DNA of 63,807 nucleotides, filler included, from Calcarisporiella thermophila CBS 279.70 (Eukaryota > Fungi > Calcarisporiellomycota): the NCBI RefSeq assembly GCF_041956535.1. It is 5 parts of 4 records of this genome, joined end to end, with 100 filler letters (N's around TTAATTAATTAA, not from the genome) between each part and the next. Parts side by side here need not be neighbours in the genome. Positions count along the whole stretch, not along the records: positions 61,490 to 63,807 come from NW_027192200.1; 4 more parts are not named here. One strand, written 5' to 3'. Both the position numbers and the translations under genes were made by a program. Under the pieces are notes generated by a model. It saw only the letters and a program-made list of their open reading frames with translations. It searched no databases and had not been told where the DNA came from. Below are positions 62,129-63,807 of the stretch, piece by piece. The number at the start of each line of letters is the position of its first letter. Position 1 is the stretch's first letter.

Positions 62129-63807
62129 ATGTCCACGCAAACATCCAGTATTAGGGGAAATGTACATGCTGAGACGGGGGCAAATATTAGCATAGGGAAC
62201 AACATCAGCTATAATATTTCATTGGGTATATAGATAAATTAGAGAGAAGAGATCAACAATCTTCACGTTATTTATTTGGCTTAAACCAGAGGAATGGAGC
62301 TCCGCAAAAATGACGAGCCCGAACAAAGAAGTCAAATCTGCCTTTTATAACGTTCCACATGAAAATAAGGCCTTTGTTGAACGTCCCGATATTTTCAAAA
62401 AGATGGAAGATGCACTTTTCGCAGGCCCTAGCGGAGGCTGTAAAATCGCAGCACTCAGTGGGTTAGGTGGGATGGGAAAGACCCAACTCATGTTGCGTTT
62501 TAGCTACCTCCATCGTACAAAATATGATTTCGTGTTCTGGCTCAATGTCGACAGTTGGTCTATGGCGGCTGACTCGTTCCGTAGCCTTGCACTGTACCTT
62601 GGTATTCCAGAAAGGATTTTGGAGGAAAAATCTGAGGACAAATCTATCGAATGGGTTCGGAATTGGCTTGAAACCCGCTCAAAATGGCTACTTCTCTTGG
62701 ACAACTTGGACGACAGAATCGCCGATCAGATATTTCAAATATTACCTCGTGAAGGTGGACATATCATTTTGACTACACGCGGGCCGATCCCATCTAAGTG
62801 CGCAACGATCATTAATGTAGGGAATATGAAGGAAAATGAAGCGCTCTCGGCACTACTTGGTGAAGAGATGCATTCAATTGATAGAGAGGGTACTCGATTC
62901 CATAACGCGTACCAAATAGTTTTGCAGTTTGAATTTATGCCACTTGCAATAGAGCTTGCGCGCGCCTATATTGAAAATACTGCCTCCTCTTTCCAGAGCT
63001 ATCTTGATCAGTTGAAAAGGAATCAAGAAAGATTGCTTTCGTATAAGAGTGAAGACTCGCTAGGAGATTATGAGCACACAGTAGCAACAGTTTGGAATAT
63101 TTCTTTCGATCGTGTGCGAGAATTCTCGGCAACAGTGCCGATACTTGAAACTTGCACTTTTCTTCATCCGGATGAAATTCCAACACGTCTCTTTGAGCGT
63201 CAATTTGTTGCGCTCGATCTTTGCTCAATGGCACAATCATCGCTAGACAAACCACTAGGATGTGAAGATGTTCAAACAGCAATAGCGGTGCTAAATAAAT
63301 TCTCGCTTGTCACAATTACAGTTAATGAAGGCGACAGCAATAATGAGATAGCATGCAATACTTTAAGGATGCATCGACTCGTGCGTGAAGTGGTCTATGC
63401 CACAATTGAGGAGGATAGGAAGATAAATTGGGCACGGAAACTAACTGAAGCACTCAATATCGAGACAGAAAATTTAAACACTTACGATACCAAAGACAGA
63501 TCAGTTATGCAAATGTACCTTCCGCACATATGCCATTTTGTGGAATTGCTCGAGAATCTCAATGAGAAAGTTACGCTTTGCAAAGATCTTGTCAAGTTAC
63601 TAAATAATACAGTATTATATCTGCGTAAAAACGGAGTATACAATAGCACAGAAAAGCTAGCTGAGATTTCGGTAGTCATTAGTGGAAATATATATGGACC
63701 TGAGCACCCCGACATGGCCTCGTCAGTTAACAATCTGGCCATCCTCTATCGGAATCAGGGCAAGCACGAGCAGGCAGAACCGCTGTACCAGCGCGCCCTT
63801 GCCATCC
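62129..63807 (+). CDS. Fungal NLR: N-terminal amyloid-like motif + NB-ARC + TPR (runs off window)
   Basis: Exon 1 62129-62225, intron 62226-62289 (GT..CAG), in-frame exon 2. Motifs: P-loop GLGGMGKT, VFWL, Walker B WLLLLDNLD, ILTTR, MPLAI, MHRLV, TPR GPEHPDMASSVNNLAILYRNQGKHEQAEPLYQRAL. Confidence 0.92.

Overview
Eukaryotic, intron-containing fungal DNA, probably from an early-diverging (non-Dikarya) lineage (inferred). The window begins at a chromosome end: a (CCTAA)n/(TTAGG)n telomere is fused directly into the coding sequence of a fluG gene. About 20 kb of accessory DNA follows, with intronless bacterial-type genes, a tyrosine-recombinase retroelement remnant, Tc1/MITE relics and small secreted Cys-rich proteins. 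Next come an MFS-P450-ABCC cluster cut by a scaffold join and a 1.3 kb stack of nested SINE/LINE insertions. A housekeeping block follows (PPR, SWI1/ARID, FAT1), then a secreted deaminase, a polyol dehydrogenase/sugar transporter pair, more secreted proteins and nested Tc1/chromovirus relics. The last gene is an NB-ARC-TPR NLR. Its small first exon, missing from the ORF track, encodes a HET-s/NWD2-like amyloid signalling motif and is the best candidate here for an undescribed system. Four N-gaps contain an artificial TTAATTAATTAA linker, so adjacency across them is not trustworthy. All family assignments come from motif recognition by eye; no searches were run.
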